The translations under genes were made by a program, and so were the position numbers. From contig JBODTK010000139.1 of the NCBI GenBank assembly GCA_050613775.1, forward strand, positions 1-64,000: a stretch of DNA of 64,000 bases. The letters run 5' to 3'. The notes beneath the pieces are model-generated. The model made no database searches, was not told where the DNA came from, and worked only from the letters and a program-made list of their open reading frames with translations. The stretch is from Neocallimastix sp. 'constans'. Taxonomy: Eukaryota. Of the stretch, positions 14,985 to 28,190 are shown in pieces. Every line of letters starts with the position of its first letter. Position 1 is the first letter of the stretch.

Positions 14985-15005
14985 CCTAACCCTAACCCCT
15001 AACCC
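14985..15005 (+). repeat. Interstitial telomere-like motif
   Basis: CCTAACCCTAACCCCTAACCC, preceded by TTTAAAA. Confidence 0.7.
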
Positions 15006-16189
15006 TTTTCTCCTAATGTATAATCCAAAATACATTATGGTTTTTTCTCCTAATGTATAATCCAAAATACATTATGGTTTATTATTTAATTATTTTTTTT
15101 TTATTAAATAATTATATTTATTATAAATCTTTTTATATCATAACGGTAATTCATATTTATCTATTTATTAATTATTATATATATTTTGCGGTACAAAAAA
15201 ATTTATTTTTATTTTTTGTACTACATTATTTTTGATAACTCTAAATAATTATATTTTTTTTTATATTTTTATTTATTGTTATTAAAAAATTTTTTATTGA
15301 CTTTTTTTTATTTACACTTTTAAAATAATTATTAAAACTATTTTAAAAGAATAAAAACAAATAATGTTAAATAATTATTTTAAAAGTGCACTTTTTAATT
15401 CATTTAATTTTTAATATTTTATTTTTTTTTCTCTTATATAAAATAATTTAATAATTTTTTAATAAATAATTTTTATAATAATTTTTATTATTATTTTATT
15501 ATTTATTATTAAAGAATTAAATTATTTTATATATAGTTTTTATTTAGTATAAAATATATTTTTTTTATTTATTTACATATTAGATTTTTATTAATTATAT
15601 AGTTTTATAATTTTTCCTTTCTTTATTTACCCTTTTAACTTTTACAATAGTTATCCTTTTATTTTACTTTTAATATAATTCTATAATTTTTATTATAATT
15701 CTTCTTTTATATTTATATTTAAAAAATTTATATTAAAAATTTTTCTTGTGTTCCCTTTATATATAAATTATTATAAATTTTTCTTGTGTTCCCTTTATAT
15801 ATAAATTATTAAAAGATTTATTTTTTTTTAATCTTTTTATTTAATTATATATAAATAACATAAGAATAATTATTATTTTATTTTTTATTTTCTTTTATTC
15901 TTTTTTTATTTTATTTTTATTTTTATCTTTTATAAATTATCTTTTATAAATTATCTCTATATATATATATCTTATTTTATTATGTCTTCATAATAATTTA
16001 AATATTTATATAATACCTTTTATTTTTTTTCATTATAATAATTATATTTTTATAACCTTTATTATTCTTTCAACCTTACCTTTTTTTATTTATTTTATTT
16101 ACTTTGGTTAATAATTACTTTACTTTATTTACCCTTTATTTTTTAATTATTAACTCTTATTTTATTATAGTTATTATCTTTAGATAATA

Positions 16190-17400
16190 ATTATAAACTT
16201 TTATCATTTTATATAATTTTATATAAATTTTTATCATTTTATATAATTTTATATAAACTTTTATCATTTTATATCATTTTATATTTTTATAATTATATAC
16301 TTTTTATTATTATCTTATATAATTATTTCTTTTAATAATTATATATACTTCTTTTCTTTTCTTGTATAATTATTTACTTTAAGTAATTATACATTTTTTA
16401 TTATCTTATATAATTATTTCTTTTAATAATTATATACTTTTATTTTATTTTATTATATAATTATATATCTTTTATAATTATATATTTTTTAATTTCTTAT
16501 ATAATTATTTTCTTTAAATAATTATATATACTTCTCTTTTTTCTTATATAATTATTTCTTTTAATAATTATATACTTTTTATTATCTTATATAATTATAT
16601 ACCTTTTATAATTATATATTTTTATTATTTACTTATATAATTATTTATTTTAAATAATTATATACTTTCTTTATCATTATCTTATATAATTATTTGCTTA
16701 AAATAATTATATACTTTTTATTTACTTATATAATTATATATCTTTTATAATTATATACTTTTATTTACTTATATAATTATATATCTTTTATAATTATATA
16801 CTTTTATTTACTTATATAATTATTTATTTTTAAATAATTATATATTTTTTCATTATCTTATATAATTATTTCTTTTAATAGTTATATACTTTTTACTTAC
16901 TTATATAATTATATACTTTTTATAATTATATATTTTATTATTTATTTATATAATTATTTCTTTTAATAATTATATATTTTTATTATTATATTATATACTT
17001 ATATATCTTTTATAATTATATATTTTTTTTTTCACTAATATAATTATTTGCTTATAATAATTATATATTTTATTCACTTATATAATTATTTGCTTATAAT
17101 AATTATATATTTTATTATATTTTATTCACTTATATAATTATTTTCTTATAATTATATATTTTTATTATTATCTAATATAATTATTTATTTTAATAATTAT
17201 ATTTTTTATTTTTTATTTTATTATATAATTATATTTCATTTATAATTATATATTTTATTCATTTATATAATTATTTATTTTAATAATTATATAATTATAT
17301 ATTTTTATTATTACTTTTTATAGTTATATACTTAGATTAATATCTTATATAATACTTAGATTATTATCATATATAATTATTTACTTATAATAATTATCTA
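16190..17400. repeat. Degenerate AT-rich minisatellite (TTATATAATTAT core, ~20/40-bp periodicity)
   Basis: Dozens of CTTATATAATTAT / AATTATATACTTTT motifs; almost no G on the + strand. Confidence 0.75.
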
Positions 17401-17950
17401 TTTTAGATATATTTACTTATAGATATTAATACTTAATAATAGTTATTTTAATATTTCCTTTTAGAGATAGTCAAGATATTGAAATTCCTCATGGGATTTC
17501 AGTATACGAATTTTAAGTTAGTTAAATTTTCATAAATTTTCTCTTAGATATAGTTAATTAGAATATTTTCCTTTTTTAGATAATGGACATATTTAGTATA
17601 TCCGTTTTACTTTTTAATCAAAATTTTAAATACTTTAATTTACTTTTGATCAAAACTTTAATAACTTTAAATTTATTTTTGATCAAAATTTTAATAACTT
17701 TAAATTTATATTTTTTATCAAACTTTAAATATTTTAATATTAAATAATTTTATTAGTTAGTTAAATCTTTATTAATTTTAACTTAGTAATAATATTTAAT
17801 ATTTCAAATTACTTATTAATTCTTATAATAGTTATATTTAGTAAATACTTTAAATAATTTTTATATTATTATATTTTATTCTTGTAATTATTATATTTAT
17901 CAAATACATGTAATACTTTGTAAATCTTAAATAAATAAAAGAATTTAAAA

Positions 17951-17966
17951 CCTAACCCCTAACCCC
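17951..17966 (+). repeat. Interstitial telomere-like motif
   Basis: CCTAACCCCTAACCCC, preceded by TTTAAAA and directly abutting a truncated transposase. Confidence 0.65.
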
Positions 17967-18255
17967 TCAGAATCTTTTAACAATTACTTAAAAAAATTAT
18001 TTTGCAAAAAACCTTCTTTCTATGAATTGATTTATCATTTAAAAAGAGAAGAATTTTATCTTACAATAATTACAAAAGGAAAATTGAAGGGGTTTGGATA
18101 AAAAAAAAAGAAGAATAGTAACAAAAACTGATGAAATCAATGATTTAATTAAAAAATACAAAAAAAAGGAATCCGAATTGATTGATAAAAAAAGTAATAA
18201 AAATGATATCATTGATTTATGGTATAAATGTTTATTAGAATTAAACACGCTCTAA
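17967..18255 (+). pseudogene. MULE transposase C-terminal fragment (5'-truncated, frameshifted)
   Basis: Translates SESFNNYLKKLFCKKPSFYELIYHLKREE...TDEINDLIKKYK...DIIDLWYKCLLELNTL*, matching the C-termini of the two other transposases here. Possible element end CGAAATGCCTCACATTC at 18965. Confidence 0.85.
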
Positions 18256-18300
18256 ATTTATAAATAATAATTAACTAGAATATATATAATTTAAATTATA

Positions 18301-18570
18301 TTAATATCAACATCAATATATTTTATTAATATCAATATCAAAATATTTTATTAATATCAATATCAAAATATTTTATTAATATCAATATCAAAATATTTTA
18401 TTAATATCAATATCAAAATATTTTATTAATATCAATATCAAAATATTTTATTAATATCAATATTAAAATATTTTATTAATATCAATATCAAAATATTTTA
18501 TTAATATCAATATCAATATATTTTATTAATATCAATATCAATATATTTTATTAATATTAATATCAATATT
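18301..18570. repeat. 25-bp minisatellite (TTAATATCAATATCAAAATATTTTA) x ~11
   Basis: Exact 25-bp period from 18301. Confidence 0.9.
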
Positions 18571-19130
18571 TTAATTTTATTGATAATAAATATTTAATAT
18601 TATAATAAGTTTTATTCTATTATTTAAATAATTTAATAATAAAATATAAAATTTTATTTATTTTATTTAAATAAAATAAAATGGAAAGGTTTTATTATTA
18701 AAATATTTAATAATAAAATATAATAATGAAATAAAATATAATAATAAAATAAAATAAAAATAAAATAAAAACAAAATAAAATTATTAACAGAAAACCTAT
18801 TTATTCTTTTATTTATTCTTTTTTTAGTTTTTATTTTATTTTTTAATGTTAAAATACAATAAATAAAAATATACGTTGAAAATAGTGGCTTATTACATAT
18901 ATTATACACATTGTACAAAATTTTATGATGATTATACATAAATTATGTCGAAATGCCTCACATTCATATTCTATTATATAGAACTATATAAATTTTATAT
19001 GAAATAAAGATCAATAATAATAATTATAATAATACATATTGAAATAACATAAAATAAAATAATTATTATCAAAAAGATATAAATTTAATATTTAATAATT
19101 ATTATTAAATATACAAATATGTTACTTCAC

Positions 19131-19435
19131 AAGGGTGGTGCGTTTCGTAATGTGGCTTTAAATTTTTTACATAAATTTTCATTTCGGAAAGTGGCTTATA
19201 TTATTTTTTATAAATTTAATTTATAAATATAATTTTTAAAACTTAAAATAAAATGGCACATATAATTTCTTTGAAAAAATAATTATTAAAAATATTTAAA
19301 ATGTGATATATTACAAAAAAAAATGATGATTTACATTCGCCATATACTGAAAATATTTATTTATTTATTAATTTATTCATTCATTTATTTAATAATAATA
19401 TTTAATAATATTTTTTTTTATACTATTTTTTAATT
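19131..19435 (-). mobile_element. End of an inverted MULE copy (target of the 19436-25167 insertion; continues at 25168-25378)
   Basis: 19131-19435 plus 25177-25378 is the reverse complement of ~24661-25167. Confidence 0.8.
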
Positions 19436-19936
19436 GGGGAAAGCTCGTTTCGGAATGGCACGTGAATAAATATAAGCCACATTTATTTGAGATGGCGTAT
19501 TATATATAAATTTTTTTATATAAATAAATAATTAAATAATAATTAAATAAATATTTTATTATATAATAATTTCATAATTTAATATATATTTGATAATAAA
19601 AAATAAAAAAATAAAAAAATAAAAAAAATAAAATAAATTAAAAAAAAAAAAAAAAAAAATAAAAAAGATTAAAAAAATAAAATACAAAAAAAATAAAATA
19701 AAATATTTTCATATTTATTTATATTTATAAATGTAATTTTTTATTATATAAATAAATAAATAAATAATAATTAAATAAATATTTTATTTTATAATAAAGA
19801 AATAAAATAAAAAAAAAGAAAAAATAAATATTTTTTTAGTAATTTTCTTGAAATAAAATAAAATATTTTTTTATTAATTTTCTTGAAATAAAATAAAATA
19901 TTTTCATATTTATTTATAACTGTAATTTTTTAAAAA

Positions 19937-19967
<31 letters not shown>

Positions 19968-20427
19968 AATTAAATAAATATTTTATTTTATAATAATTTC
20001 ATAATTTAATATATATATATTTGATAATAAAAAGTAAAAAATAAAAAAAAAATAAAAAAAAAAATAAAAATATAAAATAAAAAATAAAAAAATAAAATAA
20101 AAAATAAAAAATAAATTAAAATAAAAAATAAAATAAAATAAAATAAAAATAAAATAAAATATTTTCATATTTATTTATATTTATAACTGTAATTTTTTAT
20201 TATATAAATAAATAATAATTAAATTAATATTTTATTTTATAATGAAAAAATAAAATAAAAAAGAAAAGACAAATATTTTTTTAGTAATTTTCTTGAAATA
20301 AAATAAAATATTTTCATATTTATTTATATTTATAACTGTAATTTTTAAAAAAATTGAAAATACATATTAAATAAAAAATAAAAAATAAATATTTTCATAT
20401 TTATTAATATTTATATTGAAAATTTTG

Positions 20428-21885
20428 ATGGAGGGAAATCTAAAAATTGATATAAGTGAAACAAATCGAGGAAAAGAGCAAATAATTATAGATCGAAAAT
20501 TTAAATATAATTTTTCAAAATTAAAAAAAGATAATACAAAAATATATAGATGTACTGAATATAAAACATTAAATAAATGTAAGTCTTTTATTATTTTAAA
20601 TGATAATAAAGAGGTTTTAAATTATGATTCTTCACATAATCATCCTGGTAATGAAATTAATGCATCCAAATCATTAATAAAACATAAAATTAAATATGAA
20701 ATAAAAAAAAGTTTGATTCCTTCTGATATAAAATCGAAACGTATATTTGATAAAATTTCTCAAGAAATAGGATATATATTCCCTGAATATAAAACAATGA
20801 AAACCCAAATAACAAGATATAAAAATAAACAATTATTTCCTAATATAAAAACATTTGATGAAGCTCCAAATGAATCTGAATATTATAAAACAATAAGAGG
20901 TGAATACTTTATGATATTCAAAAATTCTAATATAATAATTTTTCAATCCCCATTCCAAGCAAAATTATTTATGGAGAATAAACATATATTTGCTGATGGT
21001 ACATTTTTAATAGCTCCAACTAATAGTTATCAAGTATTCATTACCAGAACTTATGTTACAGAATTAAATTGTTTTTACACTACTTCCATGTCAATATTAA
21101 AAAACAAAGAACAAACAACTTATGAAATATTATTTAATGAAATATAAAAAAATATAATTAAATATAATTCAAATATTAATTTCTCAGAAAAAATTTTTCA
21201 TTGTGATTTTGAAAAAGGAATATCTAATGCAGTGGAAAATATTTTTCCCAATATAAATATTAAATATTGTATTTGGCATTATAAAAGATTATTAATGACT
21301 AAAAATAAATAGATTATGTTACAAGGAAGTGAAAGATCATAATATTTTAAATACTTATTATAAAGCTATTTCTAATTTATGTTTTATTAATATTGAATAC
21401 ATACCTGATATTTTTAATAAAATTAAAAATACATGTAAGAGATATGAATCTACCTGTTCCCAATTTTTGAATTTTTTAGATTATTTTGAGAAAACATTTT
21501 AAATATCTATAGTATAAAATATTGGAATTATTACAACAATATAGACCACATAACAAATAATGCTTCAGAATCTTATAACAGTTATTTAAAAAATTTATTT
21601 GTAAAAAAACCTTCATTTTATAAATTAATATATACAATACAATTTGAAGAATCCATATCTTACTATGATTACCAAATGAGAATTAAAGGAATTTGGAGAA
21701 AAAAGGGTAGAATATCAGAAAGGGTTAATAAAATTAATATTTTAATTGAATATTATAAAAATATGGAAGCCGAATTAAAAAATATTGGATGTAGTAAAAA
21801 TGATATCATCGAAAATTGGTTTAATTGTTTAATTAGATTGAATAATGAAATCATTAATTTTAATAAATCCAATAAATCCAAGTAA
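20428..21885 (+). pseudogene. MULE (Mutator) DDE transposase with N-terminal FLYWCH/WRKY-like zinc finger; disrupted
   Basis: Motifs YRC..KC..HNH, FADGTF, HCDFEKG, CIWHY (CxxH), TNNASESYN. TAA at 21145-21147 and frameshifts near 21305 and 21500. Confidence 0.9.
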
Positions 21886-22719
21886 AAATAATTATTAAAT
21901 CCTTTCAAAATCATAATTACAATTAATTGATAATTAGATTTTTTTATTTAATAAGAAATTCAATATTGAAATTTATTTAATATTTATTGATAGGGTTAGC
22001 TTAAAAAATTTTTAAAAAAAATTTTTTTGTAAATTTATTTTAAATATTTTTTACTTTATTAAATAAAATTAAAAGATGTCTTTATTATTATATATTAGTA
22101 TTATAAAATATTAAAAATATGAATGTATTGCATTTCGCCTTATTTTTATTTTATATAGTAGTAAATAAATAAATAAATTAATAAAAAATTTTTATAAAAT
22201 AAACCAAATATTAAATTATTATATTTTTTAAAAATATTTATTGTATATTTCATATTTTTAATAAATATTTCAAATATACATTTTAAATATTTATAATGAT
22301 ATTTATGTATTATGATAAAAATATAATACTTATACAAATATAATAAACTAACAAAAAGAACTTTACTATTTTTACAAATAGTAAAGTTTTTTAAGAGTGC
22401 TTGATAGAAATAATATAAAATATTAATTATTTCCTTTTATAATATAAATATCTAAAATAACTTATTATTTAATAGTGATTTATGTTTAAAAATGTTATTT
22501 TTAATATCAGTAAAAAAATTTTAATTTAATATTTATAATTAAATTTTCAATTAATCTATTAAGATAAACATAATGTTCCTGAGTAAAAAAGATTTTTGTA
22601 AAATATAAATTATAATTAAAATATTTGATAAAAAATATTAAAAAGGAAATAATAATTTTAAAATTAATATTTAAAAATAAAATAAAAAAAATATAGAATA
22701 TAATAATATAGAAGTACAA

Positions 22720-24420
22720 ATATATAAAATAAAATAAAATAAATAGTAGAAATATAAATATAAAGTACAGATTGAATAAAATAAAATAAAATAAAATAAA
22801 ATAAAATAAAATAAATAGTAAAAATATGAATATAAAGTACAGATTGAATAAAATAAAATAAAATAAAATAAAATAAAATAAAATAAAATAAAATAAAATA
22901 AAATAAAATAAAATAAAATAAAATAAAATAAAATAAAATAAAATAAAATAAAATAAAATAAAATAAAATAAAATAAAATAAAATAAAATAAAATAAAATA
23001 AAATAAAATAAAATAAAATAAAATAAATAGTAGAATATGAATATAAAGTACAGATTGAATAAAATAAAATAAAATAAAATAAAATAAAATAAAATAAAAT
23101 AAAATAAAATAAATAGTAGAATATGAATATAAAGTACAGATTGAATAAAATAAAATAAAATAAAATAAAATAAAATAAAATAAAATAAAATAAAATAAAT
23201 AGTAGAATATGAATATAAAGTACAGATTGAATAAAATAAAATAAAATAAAATAAAATAAAATAAAATAAAATAAAATAAAATAAATAGTAGAATATGAAT
23301 ATAAAGTACAGATTGAATAAAATAAAATAAAATAAAATAAAATAAAATAAATAGTAGGAATATAAATATAAAGTACAGATTGAATAAAATAAAATAAAAT
23401 AAAATAAAATAAAATAAAATAAAATAAAATAAAATAAATAGTAGAATATGAATATAAAGTACAGATTGAATAAAATAAAATAAAATAAAATAAAATAAAA
23501 TAAAATAAAATAAAATAAATAATGAAGTAATATAGAAGTAATATAAAAGAATAAAGTATTAATAAAAATAAAATAAAATAAAATAAAATAAAATAAAATA
23601 AAATAAAATAAAATAAAATAAAATAAAATAAAATAAAATAAAATAAAATAAAATAAAATAAAATAAAATAAAATAAAATAAAATAAAATAAAATAAAATA
23701 AAATAAAATAAAATAAAATAAAATAAAATAAAATAAATAGTAGAAATATAAATATGAAGTACAGATTGAATAAAATAAAATAAAATAAAATAAAATAAAT
23801 AGTAGAATATAAATATATATATAAAGTACAGATTGAATAAAATAAAATAAAATAAAATAAAATAAAATTAAAAGTAGAATATTAAATAAGAAAGTACAGA
23901 TTGAATAAAATAAAATAAAATAAAATAAAATAAAAAGTAAAATATTAAATAAAAAAGTACAGATTTAATAAAATAAAATAAAATAAAATAAAATAAATAG
24001 TAGAAACATAAATATAAGTACAGATTGAATAAAATAAAATAAAAAAAAATAAAATAAAATAAAATAAAATAAAAAGTAGAATACTAAATAAGAAAGTACA
24101 GATTGAATAAAATAAAATAAAATAAAAAGTAGAATATTAAATAAGAAAGTACAGATTGAATAAAATAAAATAAAATAAAATGAAATGAAATGAAATAAAA
24201 TAAAATAAAATAAAATAAAATAAAATAAAATAAAATAAAATAAAATAAAATAAAATAAAATAAAATAAAATAAAATAAAATAAAATAAAATAAAATAAAA
24301 TAAAATAAAATAAAATAAAATAAAATAAAATAAAATAAAATAAAATAAAATAAAATAAAATAAATAGTAAAAATATGAATATAAAGTACAGATTGAATAA
24401 AATAAAATAAAATAAAACTA
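22720..24420. repeat. Compound satellite: ~32-bp constant motif (TAGTAGAATATGAATATAAAGTACAGATTGAA) alternating with (TAAAA)n
   Basis: AAGTACAGATTGAA recurs more than 15 times, separated by variable-length TAAAA runs. Confidence 0.95.
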
Positions 24421-25381
24421 AATAAAACAAATAAATATGAAATATGATAAAATAAAAAAATTATTTGAATTATAATAAAAATACAAGTATTAATAAAAAT
24501 AAAATAAAATAAAATAAAATAAATATTTGAATTATAATAAAAATACAAGTACTAATAAAATAAAATAAATAAAATAAATATGAGAATAATAATAAATTGC
24601 AAGTATCAATAGAAATAAAATAAAATATTATAAAATAAATAAATATGCAGTGAAATAATAATATATAATATGATAAAATAAAATAAATAAGATATTGATA
24701 TGAAATTAATATAAAAACTGAATTTAGCAACAAATAAATTATATAATAAAGTAAATGATATAGCATATATATATGTTAACATGAATTTTATTATAATTTT
24801 TACAGTATTTTAAATTAATGTAAATTATTATATTTCTATATAATAAACAAACTTTATAGTTAAAAAAATAGTATAAAAAAAAAATAATATTAAAATATTA
24901 TTATTAAATAAATAAATGAATAAATTAATAAATAAATAAAAATTTCCAGAATATGGCGAATGTAAATCATCATTATTTTTGAAATATATCACATTTTAAA
25001 TATTTTTAATAATTATTTTTTCAAAGAAATTATATGTGCCATTTTATTTTAATTTTTTATATATTATATTCATAAATAAAAATTTATAAAAAATAAAATA
25101 AGCCACATTCCGAAATGAAATTTTATGTAAAAATATTTAAAGCCACATTCCGAAACGCACCACCTTCTTTTTAATTATAAAGTTTGTTTATTATATGGAA
25201 ATATAATAATTTACATTAATTTAAAATACTGTAAAAATTATAATAAAATTCATGTTAATATATATGAATATGCTATATCATTTACTTTATTATATAATTT
25301 ATTTGTTACTAAATTCAGTTTTTACATTAATTTCATATCAATATCTTATTTATTTTATTTTATCATATTATATATATATTT

Positions 25382-26401
25382 ACGGAAAAAGAAGTTCATA
25401 AGCTATGTAAAATTAATAAAAATTTAACCTTTGAAAATTTAAAAAGCTGGTATAATGGATATAAATCGTATAATGGTGAAAAAATTTTTAATACATGGTC
25501 AGTTATTCATGCATTAAATTCGAATATAATTGAAAATTATTGGTCACAAACAGGAAGTTTCAATGAAGTAAAAAGAATGATTAATTATGATATCGTTGGT
25601 GTAAAAGAAGATATTTTGGAAATGATTAATGGTAATGAAATTGAAATAAAATTAGAAAATTATGGAGTAGAAGATATCCGAAAAGAATCAGAAGATAATG
25701 AACACATAAAGGAAATATTTTATTCAAAAATGGTTACTTTTGGATATTTAATATTATGATGGAAAAGTATCCATTCCAAATAAAGAATTGAAGGAAGAAT
25801 TTATAAAAGCTTTAAACGATAAAGAAAGTGATATGCAATATTTCTATAATATGATAAAGAATTCGGATGAAATGTTGGAAGTGACATTACATAAAAATGT
25901 CAAAAGAATGTGTAAAATTTTAGATATATCACCTATGGAAAAAATTAGCCCTGGGGATAGAGTAGATCATGGAAATTTAAAACGTTTTATAGATTATTCA
26001 TATTTTAATGCTCGAACGAAATATAATATTGAAGAAGAATCACCATGTGGTCACGGAAGAGTGGATATTATTTTTCGTCCAAAAAAAAAAAAAATAAAGT
26101 AAATGGAGAAATTATAATAATTGAATTAAAAGTGAATAGTACAGCAAAAGAAGCTATTAAGCAAATACATTAAAAAAAGTATTATAATGGTTTAAAAAAA
26201 AAAGGATATTATGGAAATATTTTATTAATTGGAATAAATTACGACCAGAAAAAAGTAAAATATAGTTGCGTAATAGAAGAATACAATAACAATATGAAGT
26301 TATTATTAACATCAAAATCAGGAGCTGAAAGGAAAAGAAGAAATGAACTTGAATTTGATGGTCAATATAAAAGATTGAGGAGTAGTCGTCGTAAACCCTA
26401 A
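25382..26401 (+). pseudogene. AAA-ATPase/PD-(D/E)XK nuclease, 3' half (copy A1)
   Basis: Starts TEKEV..WYNGY..IFNTWSV; frameshifts near 25750 and 26090; TAA near 26171; homologous to 54606-56384. Confidence 0.9.
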
Positions 26402-27329
26402 AAAAAATTAATTTCCAATACTATTAAAATCATAAATAAACATTTAAATTGTAAATAATATATAAAAAAATGATTAAAGTAAATGAATTTTTTTATATAT
26501 AATAAAAATTAAAAAAATTTTCTAGCACACCATTAACAAAAATAAAAAAAAAATTGATAAAATAAAAAAATATCCACAATGAATAAGGACTATTTTTTCA
26601 GGTCCATGGAGGGTTAATGGAAAAGGAATAGCCTGTATCAGGCGTACTAATTACAGTTTTCTATGATTTTGATGATAATCTATGGTTATCCTTTCTAAAG
26701 TGGTTTCTAATACGAAGATAGTAAATTGATATACTGGAAGACTATTGAAAGTGAACCTGATGTTTTATATTGTTTTAAACTGGATATGTTGAAACATTGG
26801 AATTGTATTATTATTATAGTGTAATTCCAAAATTTTTAATCTCTTTTATGGTGTAGGACGAAAAAATAAAAGAAATAAAAATAAAACCTCGTGGGATAAC
26901 CTTTGTGGATGTCAGATTAACACTGATGCTATATCAGGAATCCCACTTCTTGAGAAAACCGCGGCTTTCTTAAACGAAATAATGTTTAACTGTTTCGAAT
27001 CATCAATAACTCCTATTTAGAAAATTTAAAAACACAGTTATCAGGAGAGCCAATATTAAAAAAAAAAAAAACAGTTAAACAAGCAAGGAGTAGAGGAGTC
27101 CATATTACTATATATGTTCATACTACCAAAAGGAATCGAAATTCCTCTTTGGAAAGTCAAATTCAATATTTTCGATATTTAAAATTTATTTTGATTAATT
27201 AATTGTATATAAGAAATTATTAATGTTTATTATTTATTTATTTTATTTTATTTTAAAAATAATACACTATACCATTTTTTGGTGTTCATATATATTCATT
27301 ATCAATTTTTTGAATTTTATGGTTTATTT

Positions 27330-27397
27330 TTTTTATAAACAAATATAATATTATCAAATTCATATAATTAATAAAAAGCAAATTATGATTGATTTAT

Positions 27398-27440
<43 letters not shown>

Positions 27441-28190
27441 GTGGTAATATCAGTAACATATTATATTAAAAGTATGAATTCCAAATAAATATTTGATACA
27501 TTAAAGGTTTCCAAAGGAATCGAAATTAATCACAATAAAAATTTTCAAGGAAAATATCATACCATTTATTTATATTTATCAAGAAATGTTAATTATTTCC
27601 TAACTTTAAACGACTATTTACTTTCAATTAATGAAGAACTGAAAGAAGATATTGAAATAATATATCATAATTCAGAAATATCAAATGAATATGGTGATTA
27701 GATATATAAGAATTTAACTAATTTATCGATGCATAATTAGGAGTAAAAAGTCTATAAATAAAGAATGCGACTTTATCTATATTTTTTAAAGGATTTAATT
27801 AGAAATAATTATTATTAAGCCTTTACTTATATGACAGGAATAGTACCAATTACAAAGGATTTTTCTGAGTCTACAATTAATCGATTTATGGAATATATAA
27901 TATTATATAATAAAAAATATAACCAATATTTCGGATTTACTGAGCAAGTATTTCTAGAACTATGTATTAAAAATAATTAATCAACCTTTGAAGACTTAGA
28001 GCATAGGCATAATGGATATAAAGCTTATTATAATGTAAAAATTTTCAATCCATGGTCAGTTATACATGCATTAATTTGGAATAGCATTTAAAATTATTTT
28101 ATCAAATCAGGTTGTTACGATAATGAAAAAAAAAAAAAGAAATTAATTATGAAATTGTCTGTGTAAAATAAGATACTTAAGAATTAATTA
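27330..28190 (+). pseudogene. Highly degenerate AAA-ATPase paralogue (copy B1)
   Basis: Remnants FDTLKVSKG, FQGKYHTIYL, YMTGI, YFGFTE, IFNPWSVIHAL. Boundaries approximate. Confidence 0.75.

Larger units (their letters stand above)
19436..25167 (+). mobile_element. Mutator-like DNA transposon, 5.7 kb, 9-bp TSD TTTTTAATT
   Basis: TSD at 19427-19435 and 25168-25176. Ends GGGGAAAGCTCGTTTCGGAATG and CATTCCGAAACGCACCACCTTC share a CGTTTCGGAATG core. Internal transposase present. Confidence 0.85.

Noticed and set aside
22720..24420. CRISPR-like pattern of constant repeats with variable spacers
   Set aside because: The spacers are only (TAAAA)n runs, not unique sequences; no cas genes; eukaryotic context.
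413..24766. Short F/I/L/Y-rich ORFs (413-678, 1922-2185, 15053, 18667, 19983, 22146, 22507, 24084-24766)
   Set aside because: Translations of AT-rich low-complexity or satellite DNA with no protein motifs.
19131..25167. Single MULE with 300-bp TIRs
   Set aside because: No TSD at these ends; a perfect 9-bp TSD defines 19436-25167 instead.
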